This document shows, one piece after another, positions 7,776-16,487 of a stretch of DNA of 64,000 bases. The notes beneath the pieces are model-generated. The model saw only the letters and a program-made list of their open reading frames with translations. It was not told the origin of the DNA and did not search any database. A program made the translations under genes and the position numbers. Numbering within the stretch: the first letter of the stretch is position 1; each line of letters begins with the position of its first letter. This DNA comes from a virus (taxonomy: Duplodnaviria > Caudoviricetes): positions 1 through 64,000 of IMG/VR virus record IMGVR_UViG_3300033072_000249; one strand, 5' to 3'.

Positions 7776-8380
7776 AGATCGCACTGAAGGCAATCGGCGC
7801 CATGTTGGACATGATCCCGAGCTGGATCTGGGCGCTGGTGTGCGCCGGCCTGCTGGCCACCAACGCCGCAAGCCTATCTCAGAACACCGATCTGAAGCTG
7901 GCCGTCAAGCACGAGAAGAGTCTGGTCGCTGACCAGAAAACGAAGACCGCTGAGCTGCGGTCGGAGTTCGACACATACAAGCGCGAGCAAGCCGACCAGC
8001 GCGCCGCTGATGAGGCCTCCGCCCGCAAGCGTGAGCGTGAACTGCAGGCCGCTGCTGATCAACAGAGGAGCAAGAAAGATGCTGAAATCAAACGTCTTCG
8101 CGATGATGTGCGCGGTCTTCGTTACGGGCTGCAATCACTTCCCTCCCGCCCCGCCCTCTCGGCCGGCGGTGGAGCAAGTGCAGCTGCCAGCGGTGACACG
8201 CCTTCCGGACAGTGTGGTGCTGCCGTCCTTTACCGAGAGGACGGGGAGCTTCTTGTCGACGAAGCAGAGCGCGCCGAAGAGATCCGAATCGAATACCTCA
8301 ACCTCTTCGACCTCTACCAACGCGCCCGACAAGCGCTGAGCACCACTGATGACCGACGAACAGCACCACAAAGTAACTGA
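7772..8380 (+). CDS. Rz: inner-membrane spanin (Rz-like)
   Basis: N-terminal TM, coiled coil, lysis-cassette position, embedded lipoprotein ORF. Confidence 0.8.
   Translation: MKIALKAIGAMLDMIPSWIWALVCAGLLATNAASLSQNTDLKLAVKHEKSLVADQKTKTAELRSEFDTYKREQADQRAADEASARKRERELQAAADQQRSKKDAEIKRLRDDVRGLRYGLQSLPSRPALSAGGGASAAASGDTPSGQCGAAVLYREDGELLVDEAERAEEIRIEYLNLFDLYQRARQALSTTDDRRTAPQSN
8079..8339 (+). CDS. Rz1: outer-membrane spanin lipoprotein (Rz1-like), embedded in Rz in the +1 frame
   Basis: GAGGAG RBS; signal peptide with lipobox VFVTGC; Pro-rich mature part. Confidence 0.85.
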   Translation: MLKSNVFAMMCAVFVTGCNHFPPAPPSRPAVEQVQLPAVTRLPDSVVLPSFTERTGSFLSTKQSAPKRSESNTSTSSTSTNAPDKR

Positions 8381-8723
8381 AGCCGTGAACGCTGCCAAGC
8401 TCGACCGGATCAACGACAACGTCGATGACCTGAAGAAGGCGGTGGGCGAGCTGACCAAGTCGGTCAACCGCCTCGCCATCATTGAGGAGCGCCAGGCCAC
8501 GACATCGGACAGCCTGGGCCGTGCCTTCAAGGAGATCGAGAAGCACGACAAACGGATCAACACCCTGGAACTGTCCCAGCCCATCCAGAAGCAGAGCTCC
8601 GACATCGTTCAGAAGACGGTGGCCATCATCCTGGCGGCAGTCATTGGTGCTGCGACCGGATCGGCGATCACCTCGCGCAAAGACCCGGTGCATATCCCGG
8701 GCCCAGTTCAAGGGGCCAAGTGA
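8349..8723 (+). CDS. coiled-coil protein with C-terminal TM (holin-like/lysis-associated)
   Basis: Heptad-rich body then VAIILAAVIGAATGSAI. Confidence 0.7.
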   Translation: MTDEQHHKVTEAVNAAKLDRINDNVDDLKKAVGELTKSVNRLAIIEERQATTSDSLGRAFKEIEKHDKRINTLELSQPIQKQSSDIVQKTVAIILAAVIGAATGSAITSRKDPVHIPGPVQGAK

Positions 8724-8935
8724 TGGAGCCGTACCAGATCCGCGTTGTCCAGGAGAAGCAGGAGCTCGACCAGAAGCTGGAGAAGCTGGTCACCTACCTG
8801 GACTCGGCGCACTTCGCGAGCCTGCCCACTGAGGAGAAGTGGCTCATGCGCGAACAGGCCCAGGTCATGGCCGCCTACAGCCGCATCCTTGGCTCGCGCA
8901 TCCAACGATTCAACCAACCGAAGGCGCCCGCATGA
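8720..8935 (+). CDS. crAss001_48-like small helical protein
   Basis: YQIRVVQEKQELDQKLEKL..LMREQAQVMAAYSRILGSRI. Confidence 0.7.
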   Translation: MMEPYQIRVVQEKQELDQKLEKLVTYLDSAHFASLPTEEKWLMREQAQVMAAYSRILGSRIQRFNQPKAPA

Positions 8936-9066
8936 CCCGACTGATCCTGATCCATAACGGCCACGCCGCCGTCTACGACGGCCGCGAGCAGAAGGCCATC
9001 TTCGAGACCCCCAACATCAACCGCGAGGACGTCGCTGTCCTCATCAACTTCAAGGAGTCCCCGTGA
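8932..9066 (+). CDS. small hypothetical protein
   Basis: ATGA and GTGA coupling at both ends. Confidence 0.55.
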   Translation: MTRLILIHNGHAAVYDGREQKAIFETPNINREDVAVLINFKESP

Positions 9067-9584
9067 GCAACATCATCAAACCCACCGTCGGCCGCAAGGT
9101 CTGGTATCGCCCCTCGAAATGGGATCGCGAAGGCCGTGGCGGCATGCAGGTCGCCTGCGATCAGTCGGATACGACCAAGTTTCAGCCGTTGGACGCCACC
9201 ATCATTGCAGTCTGGGGCGACCGCATGGTCAATGTGATGGTCACCGACATCATGGGGCGACAGTTCCCACTGACATCGGTCAAGCTGATGCAGGAGGGTG
9301 ACCTGTTCCCCGTGGATGCGAATGGCGAAAACACTGGCGGCTACGTCGAGTGGATGCCGTACCAGACCGGCCAGGCCCGCAAGGATGCCGCCATCGACCG
9401 CGCCATCATCGCCACCACGCCCATCGGCGCATCTCAGGCAGCCCCCATCCACATCGACGCATCGAACCCCTCGATCCCGCCCGCACCTGCTGTGGTGGCT
9501 CGCGGCTTCTCCCTGGACAGCGACGCTCCCCTGGTTGGCGCATGCGACCTGTCGGGCGAAGGCACTTGCGAGGCGTGCCAGTGA
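9063..9584 (+). CDS. conserved phage protein with C-terminal C-x7-CEACQ tail; paralog of 54377-55147
   Basis: MSNIIKPTVGRKVWY..LDATIIAVWGDRMVN; ends GACDLSGEGTCEACQ. Confidence 0.85.
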   Translation: MSNIIKPTVGRKVWYRPSKWDREGRGGMQVACDQSDTTKFQPLDATIIAVWGDRMVNVMVTDIMGRQFPLTSVKLMQEGDLFPVDANGENTGGYVEWMPYQTGQARKDAAIDRAIIATTPIGASQAAPIHIDASNPSIPPAPAVVARGFSLDSDAPLVGACDLSGEGTCEACQ

Positions 9585-9631
9585 TGGAAGGCTCTGGATA
9601 CGCTTTGACGATGGAAGGATGGGGCCTCTGA
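9584..9631 (+). CDS. 15-aa minigene A (MEGSGYALTMEGWGL)
   Basis: TGATG coupling at both ends; paralog at 9884 with synonymous divergence. Confidence 0.6.
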   Translation: MEGSGYALTMEGWGL

Positions 9632-9894
9632 TGCTGATCACCGGAGAGAAACAACCCCTGACCGAGCACCACCAGGCCGTCATCGGCCAGCTGCGCATGG
9701 CCACCACCGAGATCCTGCGCCTGCGTGGCCACGATCGTGAGGCGTCCGCCCTGGAGGCCAAAGTGCTGCGCTCCAACCCTGAAGCCGTCAAGTGGATGGA
9801 GCAGATGGAGAAGGACATCGCCACGGCTCTCACCGTGGGGCAGAGCATCACCCGGGCCCGCGCCCTGGAGGAGGACGACAGCCATGGCCTGTGA
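9631..9894 (+). CDS. hypothetical protein (87 aa)
   Basis: TGATG start at 9631; strong codon bias. Confidence 0.75.
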   Translation: MLITGEKQPLTEHHQAVIGQLRMATTEILRLRGHDREASALEAKVLRSNPEAVKWMEQMEKDIATALTVGQSITRARALEEDDSHGL

Positions 9895-9931
9895 AGGAAG
9901 TGGATGCGCCATCGAGGGTTGGGGTCTGTAA
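9884..9931 (+). CDS. 15-aa minigene B (MACEGSGCAIEGWGL)
   Basis: GGAGGAGG 9 nt upstream of ATG; paralog of minigene A. Confidence 0.6.
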   Translation: MACEGSGCAIEGWGL

Positions 9932-9946
9932 TGCGAGAAGGCTGGG

Positions 9947-10552
9947 ATGACTGAAAAGAAGTTCGTCGACTGGGAGCTGATCGAGCGCGACTACCGCGCC
10001 GGCCTGAAGACCATCCGCCAGATTGGCGAGGAGCATGGCGTCTCCCACACGGCAATCCAGAAGCGCGCCAAGAAGGACGAGTGGACCCGCGACATCGCAG
10101 AAAGGGTTCAGCAGCGAGCAAGAGATCTGGTTGCCAAGAAAGAGGTTTCCAAACAAGTTGCCACGGAGCGGAAGCTCACGGATATGGAAACCGTGCGCGA
10201 GTACAGCGAGGTGGTGTCCCGTGTTGACCTGCGTCAGCGCGAAGACGTGCAGATGGCTCTGGACAACGCCCTGGGCATGTTGCGGGAGCTGGTGGCCTTG
10301 GCTGACCCAAAGTTCCGCTCCATGCTCGAGTGGATGGCTGAGAACTTCGATGAGACGACCCCGGCCTTCAAGGATCGCGCCAACGAGACCTACCGCTACA
10401 TCATCGACATCGCCGGCCGCGTGAAGATGGCCAAGGATCTGGCCGCCGTTCACGGTGTGTATGTGCCCATGCAGCGCAAGATGTACCGCCTCGACGACGA
10501 CGATGCGAAGAAGAGCACGGTCGATGACCTGCTGGAGGCCATCGGCGCGTGA
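9947..10552 (+). CDS. terS: terminase small subunit
   Basis: N-terminal HTH DWELIERDYRAG..IRQIGEEHGVSHTAIQKRAKKDEW; directly upstream of TerL. Confidence 0.85.
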   Translation: MTEKKFVDWELIERDYRAGLKTIRQIGEEHGVSHTAIQKRAKKDEWTRDIAERVQQRARDLVAKKEVSKQVATERKLTDMETVREYSEVVSRVDLRQREDVQMALDNALGMLRELVALADPKFRSMLEWMAENFDETTPAFKDRANETYRYIIDIAGRVKMAKDLAAVHGVYVPMQRKMYRLDDDDAKKSTVDDLLEAIGA

Positions 10553-12066
10553 GCAAGTACAGCCCCGAGCAGATCGCCCGACTCAAGCAGCTGATCCAGG
10601 ACGACGAGGCCTACGGTGCCCACTGCCTGAAGGTGTTGGACAAGCAGGGCAACCTGGTCCCCTTCCTGTGGAACCGGGCCCAGCGCTACATCCACGCCCG
10701 CCTCGAGGAGCAGAAGGAGAAGAAGGGCTACGTCCGGGCCTTGATCCTGAAGGGTCGGCAGCAGGGTTGCTCCACCTACGTGGCGGCCCGCTACTACAAG
10801 CGCACCAGCACGAGCAAGGGCAAGCGCGCCTTCATCGTCTCGCACGAAGAGAAGTCGACGCAGAACCTGTTCAACATGGTGAAGCGGTACGACGACCACA
10901 ACCCGCTCGCGCCGACGAAGAAGGCATCCAACGCTCAGGAGCTGGTGTTCGGCCGCCTGGATGGCGGCTACAAGCTGGCCACCGCCGGCTCGCAGGACGT
11001 TGGTCGAGGCAACACCGCGCAGATGCTGCACGGCTCGGAGTTCGGGTTCTGGCAGAACGCCCAGAAGCACCTGGCCGGCATCGGCAACTCGATCCCGCTG
11101 GCTGAGGGCACCGAGATCATCCTCGAGTCCACGGCCAACGGCCTGGGCAACGCCTTCCACGAGATGTGGCAGGAGGCCGAGATGGGGCGCGGCGAGTACA
11201 TCGCCATCTTCGTGCCCTGGATGTGGCAGGACGAGTACCGGCTGCCGGTGCCCACCGACTTCGAGCTCGACGAGTCCGAGCAGAAGTACATGACCGCCCA
11301 CGGCTGCGACCTCGAGCAGATGGTGTGGCGCCGCGCCAAGATCGCCGAGTACGGCAAGGGCTTTGCGTGGCTGTTCGACCAGGAATACCCGGCCACTGCG
11401 GCCATGGCCTTCCAGACGTCGACGATGAACCCGCTGATCTCGCCGCAGGATGTGGCGGAGGCGGTGAACAGCAAGTACCGCGAGCGGCAGGGCCCACTGC
11501 TCATTGGCTGCGACCCAGCCGAGGAGGGCGCTGACCGCACGGCCATCGTGTTTCGCCAGGGTCGGACGGTGTTTCGCATCGAGTACCACGAGAAGAAGCG
11601 GCCAATGGAGGTCGCCGGCATCCTGGCCAAATACTGGACTGAGTTCAAGCCCGATGGCCTGTTCGTCGACAAGGGTGGCATCGGCGCCGGCATCGTGGAC
11701 CGACTGCGCGAGATGTACATCCCGCACATCGCGGTGAACTTCGGCTCCGGCGCCACGGACCCTGAGCTCTACGAGAACAAGCGCGCCGAGTGCTGGTGGC
11801 GGATGAAGGAGTGGGTCGAGGACCATCCCAACCGCTTGCCCAACGACGCGGCCCTGATCTCCGATCTGTGCGCGCCACAGCCGATGGAGACGAGCAAGAG
11901 GAAGCGGCTCCTGGAGTCGAAGAAGGACATGAAGAAGCGCGGCATCCGCTCACCAGACGGTGGTGATGCGTTGGCCGTGACCTTCGCTGAGTTTGTCGCC
12001 CCCGTCGGGGGTGGCTTGTTGGGCGGGTCATCCGCCCCTGCTGCGCCGACGACGGCCGGTTATTGA
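10549..12066 (+). CDS. terL: terminase large subunit
   Basis: ILKGRQQGCST ATPase motif, LHGSE, IILESTANG; nuclease IGCDPA..D and SPDGGDALA. Confidence 0.95.
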   Translation: MSKYSPEQIARLKQLIQDDEAYGAHCLKVLDKQGNLVPFLWNRAQRYIHARLEEQKEKKGYVRALILKGRQQGCSTYVAARYYKRTSTSKGKRAFIVSHEEKSTQNLFNMVKRYDDHNPLAPTKKASNAQELVFGRLDGGYKLATAGSQDVGRGNTAQMLHGSEFGFWQNAQKHLAGIGNSIPLAEGTEIILESTANGLGNAFHEMWQEAEMGRGEYIAIFVPWMWQDEYRLPVPTDFELDESEQKYMTAHGCDLEQMVWRRAKIAEYGKGFAWLFDQEYPATAAMAFQTSTMNPLISPQDVAEAVNSKYRERQGPLLIGCDPAEEGADRTAIVFRQGRTVFRIEYHEKKRPMEVAGILAKYWTEFKPDGLFVDKGGIGAGIVDRLREMYIPHIAVNFGSGATDPELYENKRAECWWRMKEWVEDHPNRLPNDAALISDLCAPQPMETSKRKRLLESKKDMKKRGIRSPDGGDALAVTFAEFVAPVGGGLLGGSSAPAAPTTAGY

Positions 12067-12075
12067 GGAAGCACC

Positions 12076-12279
12076 ATGGAAAACAAAGACCAAGACCAGT
12101 ACCTGGAAGCCTGGACCGAGGAAGACGAGAAGAAGGACGCCGACCCTGTCGTGTCCGCGGTGAGGGCTGCCCGCCAGGCCGACTCCGACGCCTTCTCCGA
12201 CGCCTTCAAGAACGACAAGTTCGAGGAGCCCAAGGAAGAGAAGAAGGCCGAGGACGAGAAGGAAAAGGAAAAGGCATGA
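12076..12279 (+). CDS. small acidic protein
   Basis: GAGG RBS; highly charged 67 aa. Confidence 0.65.
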   Translation: MENKDQDQYLEAWTEEDEKKDADPVVSAVRAARQADSDAFSDAFKNDKFEEPKEEKKAEDEKEKEKA

Positions 12280-12365
12280 GTGCGCTGAGCGTGATCCTCA
12301 TCCTGGCCGGCATCGCGTTCTACGTGGTGGCCGAGTGGCTTGATTGGAGTGTCGACGTATGTTGA
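12276..12365 (+). CDS. 29-aa membrane peptide
   Basis: ATGA coupling; single hydrophobic helix. Confidence 0.45.
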   Translation: MSALSVILILAGIAFYVVAEWLDWSVDVC

Positions 12366-12715
12366 AGGCCCCGGGTGACTTCGTCCTGGCGCTGATGAAT
12401 GCGCGCACCGTCGCGCACATCGCCCACCTGCAGTCCACCAGCTACGCGCAGCACGTCGCCCTGGGTGAGTTCTACGAGGGCCTGGTTCCCCTGATCGACT
12501 CATTCGCCGAGGCGTACCAAGGGCGCTATGGCTTGATCAAGTTCAACGCCGCCAGCTTCAAGCTGGAGCGCGACACATACGTGCTGCTGGATGGCGTGTG
12601 CTCCATGCTCGACGCCGCGCGCACCGAATGCAAACTGCCAGCGCTGCAGAACATCATCGACGAGATGGTGGCCCTCGCAGACTCGACTCGCTACAAGCTG
12701 AAAAACCTGGTCTAA
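12359..12715 (+). CDS. DUF5856-like ferritin/Dps-fold protein
   Basis: AHIAHLQSTSYAQHVALGEFYE..LIDSFAEAYQGRYG; LQNIIDEM. Confidence 0.75.
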   Translation: MLKAPGDFVLALMNARTVAHIAHLQSTSYAQHVALGEFYEGLVPLIDSFAEAYQGRYGLIKFNAASFKLERDTYVLLDGVCSMLDAARTECKLPALQNIIDEMVALADSTRYKLKNLV

Positions 12716-12752
12716 ACCATAGGCCGGCGCTCAGCAGTCAATAGAATCGCCC

Positions 12753-15071
12753 ATGTCCAACACCACCGACCAAGTCGAGTACACACTGGCGGCTGAGCAG
12801 GAGCTCGCCGCCGCGCCCGAACAGCAGTCGGCCCAGCTCGAGGCGCTCGGCACCAAGCTGATCATGGAGTTCGCCCAGGCCGAGGCCGATCGACTCCTGA
12901 CCGAGCAGCGCTGGCTGCGCGACCTGCGCCAGTACAAGGGTCAGTACGATCCTGAGACCGAGGTGATGATCGGGAAGAACCGCTCGAAGTCTTTTGTGCG
13001 CAAGACGCGCGTGAAGGTGAAGACGGCCGACTCCCGGGTGATGGACCTGCTTTTCCCTGCTGGCACAGAGAAGAATTGGGACATCGACAGCACGCCGGTG
13101 CCAACGCTGCCTGACGAGATCAAGCTCAAGCTGATCGATGTTCTGACCCGCGTCAATGGCGGCCAGCGGCCTGACCAGGAGGCTCTGGACAAGGCCTGCC
13201 TGGGCGTGGCCAAGACCGCCGCCAAGAAGATGGCCAAGGTGGTCGAGGACCAACTGGTCGAGGTGCGCTACAAGCTGGTGTCCAAGCAGGTTGTCCACTC
13301 TGGCCACCTGTACGGCACCGGTGTGCTCAAGGGCCCTCTGGTCGAGAAGAAGATCCGCGTCAAGTTCATCAAGGATGGTGGCAAGTGGGTGCAGCGCAGC
13401 GAGGAGTACGTGGTCCCGTTCGTGGACTTCGTGCCGCTGTGGCGCTTCTACCCCGACATGTCGGCCTCCACGCTGGAGATGTGCCGCTTCGTCTATGAGC
13501 GCCACCAGATGTCGCGCCACGATGTGGCTGACCTGGCGAACCGCAAGACCTTCGATGGCGTCAAGATCAAGGAATACATCGAGAGGAACCCCAACGGCTG
13601 CGTCAAGCTGAGGTACTTCGACAACGAGCTGAAGGTCATTGGCGATCGCTCCGCGAGCCAGGGTAAGCCAGGCGGCCAGTACGAAGTGCTCGAGCGCTGG
13701 GGCTGGCTCACCGGCAAGGAGTTGGAGGAGGTTGGGGTCACGATCCCCAAAGAGCGCATGCACGAGAGCTTCTTCTCGAACGTGTGGCTCCTGCCCGATG
13801 GCCAGGTCATCAAGGCTGTCCTGCAACCCATCAACGGCGTCACCTGGCCGTACCACCTCTACTACTTCGACAATGACGAGACCAGCATCTTCGGCGAAGG
13901 CTTGCCGATGATCATGCGCGACGAGCAGACCAACATCAACGCGGCGACCCGCCTGATGCTGGACAACGCCGCCATCACGTCGGGATCGATGCTGGAGGTC
14001 AACCCGCACCTGCTGCACCCGCTGACCAAGCCGGACGAGGTTTTCCCGTGGAAGGTGTGGCTGCGCAACCAGACGTCGCCTGGCGAGACCGCGGTCAAGG
14101 CTGTGACCATGCCCAACGGCCTGCAGCCGCTGATGGGCCTGAACTCGATGTTCGAGAACAACGCCGACGAGGTCAGCGCCATCCCGCGCTACATGACCGG
14201 AGAGAATGCCACCCAGGGGGCGGCCGGCACGAGCTCGGGCCTGTCCATGCTGATGGGCGCGGTCAACATCGTCATCAAGGACTTGATCACCAACTGGGAC
14301 GAGGGGATCACCCGCTCATTCATCACCGGCCTGTACCGGTGGAACATGCAGTTCAACGGCAACGACGAGATCAAGGGCGACTTCGATGTGAAGGCTCGCG
14401 GCACGGCGTCGCTGATCGCCAAGGAAGTGCGCGCACGCCAGCTCAACGAGTTCAGCGCCCTGACGGCCAACCCCATGGATGCGCCGTTTATCAACCGCCA
14501 CCGCCTGAACATCCTGCGTGCCGAAGCCAACGAGCTGTCCGACGTGGTTTACACCGAGGACGAGATCAAGGAGATGCAGGGCAGCGAACAGGCGCAGATG
14601 CAGCAGGCGCTGCAGCAGAAGATGCTGATGGCCCAGGTCGCGGAAGCCGAAGGCAAGGCAGCCAAGCTGATGGCTGACGCCAAGGTGATGCACATCCAGG
14701 CGGCCGAGAAGCTGGCCAACATCGACCTCATCGTGTCCAAGGCCATGGAGTCGAAGATGGCCACAGTGTTCGCCGCGCTGCAGGCGGCCGGCGTCGCGGT
14801 GACCAACCCGATGATCGCCCCTGCCGGCGACGAGCTCCTGCGCAGCGTGAACTTCAAGGACGCCACGCCAGACCCTGCGATCTCGCAGATCCTCGGCCAG
14901 CAGGTGCAGCGCCTGAGCGGTGGCCAGCCCGGCCCAGGCGGCCCTGGTGGGCAGCCACCTGGACCTGCGCAGCCAAATATGGCCCAGGCCCCAGGCCCTG
15001 ATCGCATCCCACCCATGACGGGCCAGGTTGGCATGCACGCCGGCATCGAGACCCCGGAGATTGACCAGTGA
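12753..15071 (+). CDS. portal protein
   Basis: 772 aa after TerL; portal-like central region, charged/Gln-rich C-terminal helix, Pro/Gly tail. Confidence 0.9.
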   Translation: MSNTTDQVEYTLAAEQELAAAPEQQSAQLEALGTKLIMEFAQAEADRLLTEQRWLRDLRQYKGQYDPETEVMIGKNRSKSFVRKTRVKVKTADSRVMDLLFPAGTEKNWDIDSTPVPTLPDEIKLKLIDVLTRVNGGQRPDQEALDKACLGVAKTAAKKMAKVVEDQLVEVRYKLVSKQVVHSGHLYGTGVLKGPLVEKKIRVKFIKDGGKWVQRSEEYVVPFVDFVPLWRFYPDMSASTLEMCRFVYERHQMSRHDVADLANRKTFDGVKIKEYIERNPNGCVKLRYFDNELKVIGDRSASQGKPGGQYEVLERWGWLTGKELEEVGVTIPKERMHESFFSNVWLLPDGQVIKAVLQPINGVTWPYHLYYFDNDETSIFGEGLPMIMRDEQTNINAATRLMLDNAAITSGSMLEVNPHLLHPLTKPDEVFPWKVWLRNQTSPGETAVKAVTMPNGLQPLMGLNSMFENNADEVSAIPRYMTGENATQGAAGTSSGLSMLMGAVNIVIKDLITNWDEGITRSFITGLYRWNMQFNGNDEIKGDFDVKARGTASLIAKEVRARQLNEFSALTANPMDAPFINRHRLNILRAEANELSDVVYTEDEIKEMQGSEQAQMQQALQQKMLMAQVAEAEGKAAKLMADAKVMHIQAAEKLANIDLIVSKAMESKMATVFAALQAAGVAVTNPMIAPAGDELLRSVNFKDATPDPAISQILGQQVQRLSGGQPGPGGPGGQPPGPAQPNMAQAPGPDRIPPMTGQVGMHAGIETPEIDQ

Positions 15072-15313
15072 TTGACTCCCTGCAGTTGCAGCGCGAGGCT
15101 GCCGACGCCCTGGTGGCTGTGCGCCAGTTCGGCATGGCCGAGTCGGTGCGCTCCATGGTCAAGTTGCTGAACGCCCTCGAGGCACAGTACCGGGCCGACT
15201 TCGAGAACGTGACCATCGAGAACCTGGTTCCTCTTCAGATCGCTCTCAAGCAGGTGGTCGCGCTGCGCCAGTCGATCACGGCCGAGCAGCACCTCGACCC
15301 AAAGATTCTTTGA
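15068..15313 (+). CDS. small head-associated hypothetical protein
   Basis: GTGA coupling to portal. Confidence 0.7.
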   Translation: MIDSLQLQREAADALVAVRQFGMAESVRSMVKLLNALEAQYRADFENVTIENLVPLQIALKQVVALRQSITAEQHLDPKIL

Positions 15314-15342
15314 GCCCCTCGCCATTTGGTGAGGACAGTCCC

Positions 15343-15365
15343 AAAGCCGGTTTCCCCGGCTTTTT
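15343..15365 (+). terminator. intrinsic terminator
   Basis: AAAGCCGG-TTTCC-CCGGC-TTTTT. Confidence 0.6.
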
Positions 15366-15390
15366 CCGCAGCCGGTAGAAAGGAAACCGC

Positions 15391-16395
15391 ATGGACCCGA
15401 AAGACGAGCAGAACGACTTGGCAGCCTACGCCGCCGCGTTCGATGAAGACATGATGCCACCTCGCGACGAAGAGGCTCCTGCTGGCGGCATCACGCCATC
15501 CAATGAGGATGCACCCGCACAGAGCGATGGCGCCACCGGCGGTGAGCCCGCTGCCGTCGTCCTGGCTGTCGCCGATGGCGAGCAGATCGAGCAGGCGCAG
15601 GGCGATGCGGCCGCTGACGCCACGACCACCACGGCCGACGAGGATCTCGACGACGCGCCTCTTGACCCCAAGGAAGAGCAGCGCCGCCGCAGCTGGGAGG
15701 GCCGACTGCGTGCCCGCGAAGCCGAGCTGGAGCGCAAGGAGGCCGAGCTGCGCACCAAGGGTGGCCAGGTCGAGATGCCGCGCGCCGAGTCTGGCGAGTC
15801 GGGTGAAAGCCAGCAGACCGAAGCCATGGAGCAGGCCGCAGACCAGCTGGCCGCCAGCGGCGACAAGGAGGGCGCAGAAGCTGTGGAGCAGGTGGCAGAG
15901 CAGGTGGAATCAGGCGAGCTGACTGCCGCCCAGGCCATGAAGATTCTGGCCGACGACTTCGGCGAGGACTTCGTGAAGCTGATCTCGACCATCGCTGGCG
16001 CCCAGGCCAAGGAGGCCGCCGGCAAGATCGCTCAGGAAGCCACGGGCCAGTTCGGACAGACCCTGGAGCAGGTGATCGGCAACATCGCCGACGACCGCGA
16101 GCGCGCGCACTTCGAGGCGATTGCCGACGCGCACCCCGACTTCTTGCAGGTCTCTGAGGCCCCCGAGTTCAACGAGTTCATCAAGCAGTACCCGGACGGC
16201 GAGCGCATTGCTGAAGGCGGCTCGGCGCGCGAGATCGTGAAGCTGCTGAGCAAGTTCAAGGAAGCCAGCAAGCCGGCGCCCACTGAGCCCGATCCCGCAC
16301 TGGATGCAGCCCAGGGCGTGCGCTCTGGCGGCATGCGACTCCCCGAGGCGCCGGTGAAGGCCGAAGGCTACGAGGACGCCTGGAACCAGTATTGA
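15391..16395 (+). CDS. capsid scaffolding protein (putative)
   Basis: Acidic, helical, between portal and MCP; HFEAIADAHPDF motif. Confidence 0.75.
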   Translation: MDPKDEQNDLAAYAAAFDEDMMPPRDEEAPAGGITPSNEDAPAQSDGATGGEPAAVVLAVADGEQIEQAQGDAAADATTTTADEDLDDAPLDPKEEQRRRSWEGRLRAREAELERKEAELRTKGGQVEMPRAESGESGESQQTEAMEQAADQLAASGDKEGAEAVEQVAEQVESGELTAAQAMKILADDFGEDFVKLISTIAGAQAKEAAGKIAQEATGQFGQTLEQVIGNIADDRERAHFEAIADAHPDFLQVSEAPEFNEFIKQYPDGERIAEGGSAREIVKLLSKFKEASKPAPTEPDPALDAAQGVRSGGMRLPEAPVKAEGYEDAWNQY

Positions 16396-16456
16396 TTGGC
16401 AGCAGAACGATTCCCTACCACGCGTCGTTCTGCCTGTCAAAAAAAGTGTTGTTTTC

Positions 16457-16487
16457 TTGCAAACTTTCGGTTTAGTCTGCATAGAAT
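16457..16487 (+). promoter_or_regulatory. putative promoter for the capsid transcript
   Basis: TTGCAA 16457-16462 and TAGAAT 16482-16487 (19-bp spacer) in an AT-rich patch. Confidence 0.5.

Noticed and set aside
9931-9954. Third minigene MREGWDD coupled by TAATG
   Set aside because: Only 7 codons, and EGW can be explained by the terS Shine-Dalgarno sequence; too weak on its own
12063-12365. Single 100-aa ORF from the track
   Set aside because: Better explained as two coupled genes (12076-12279 and 12276-12365)
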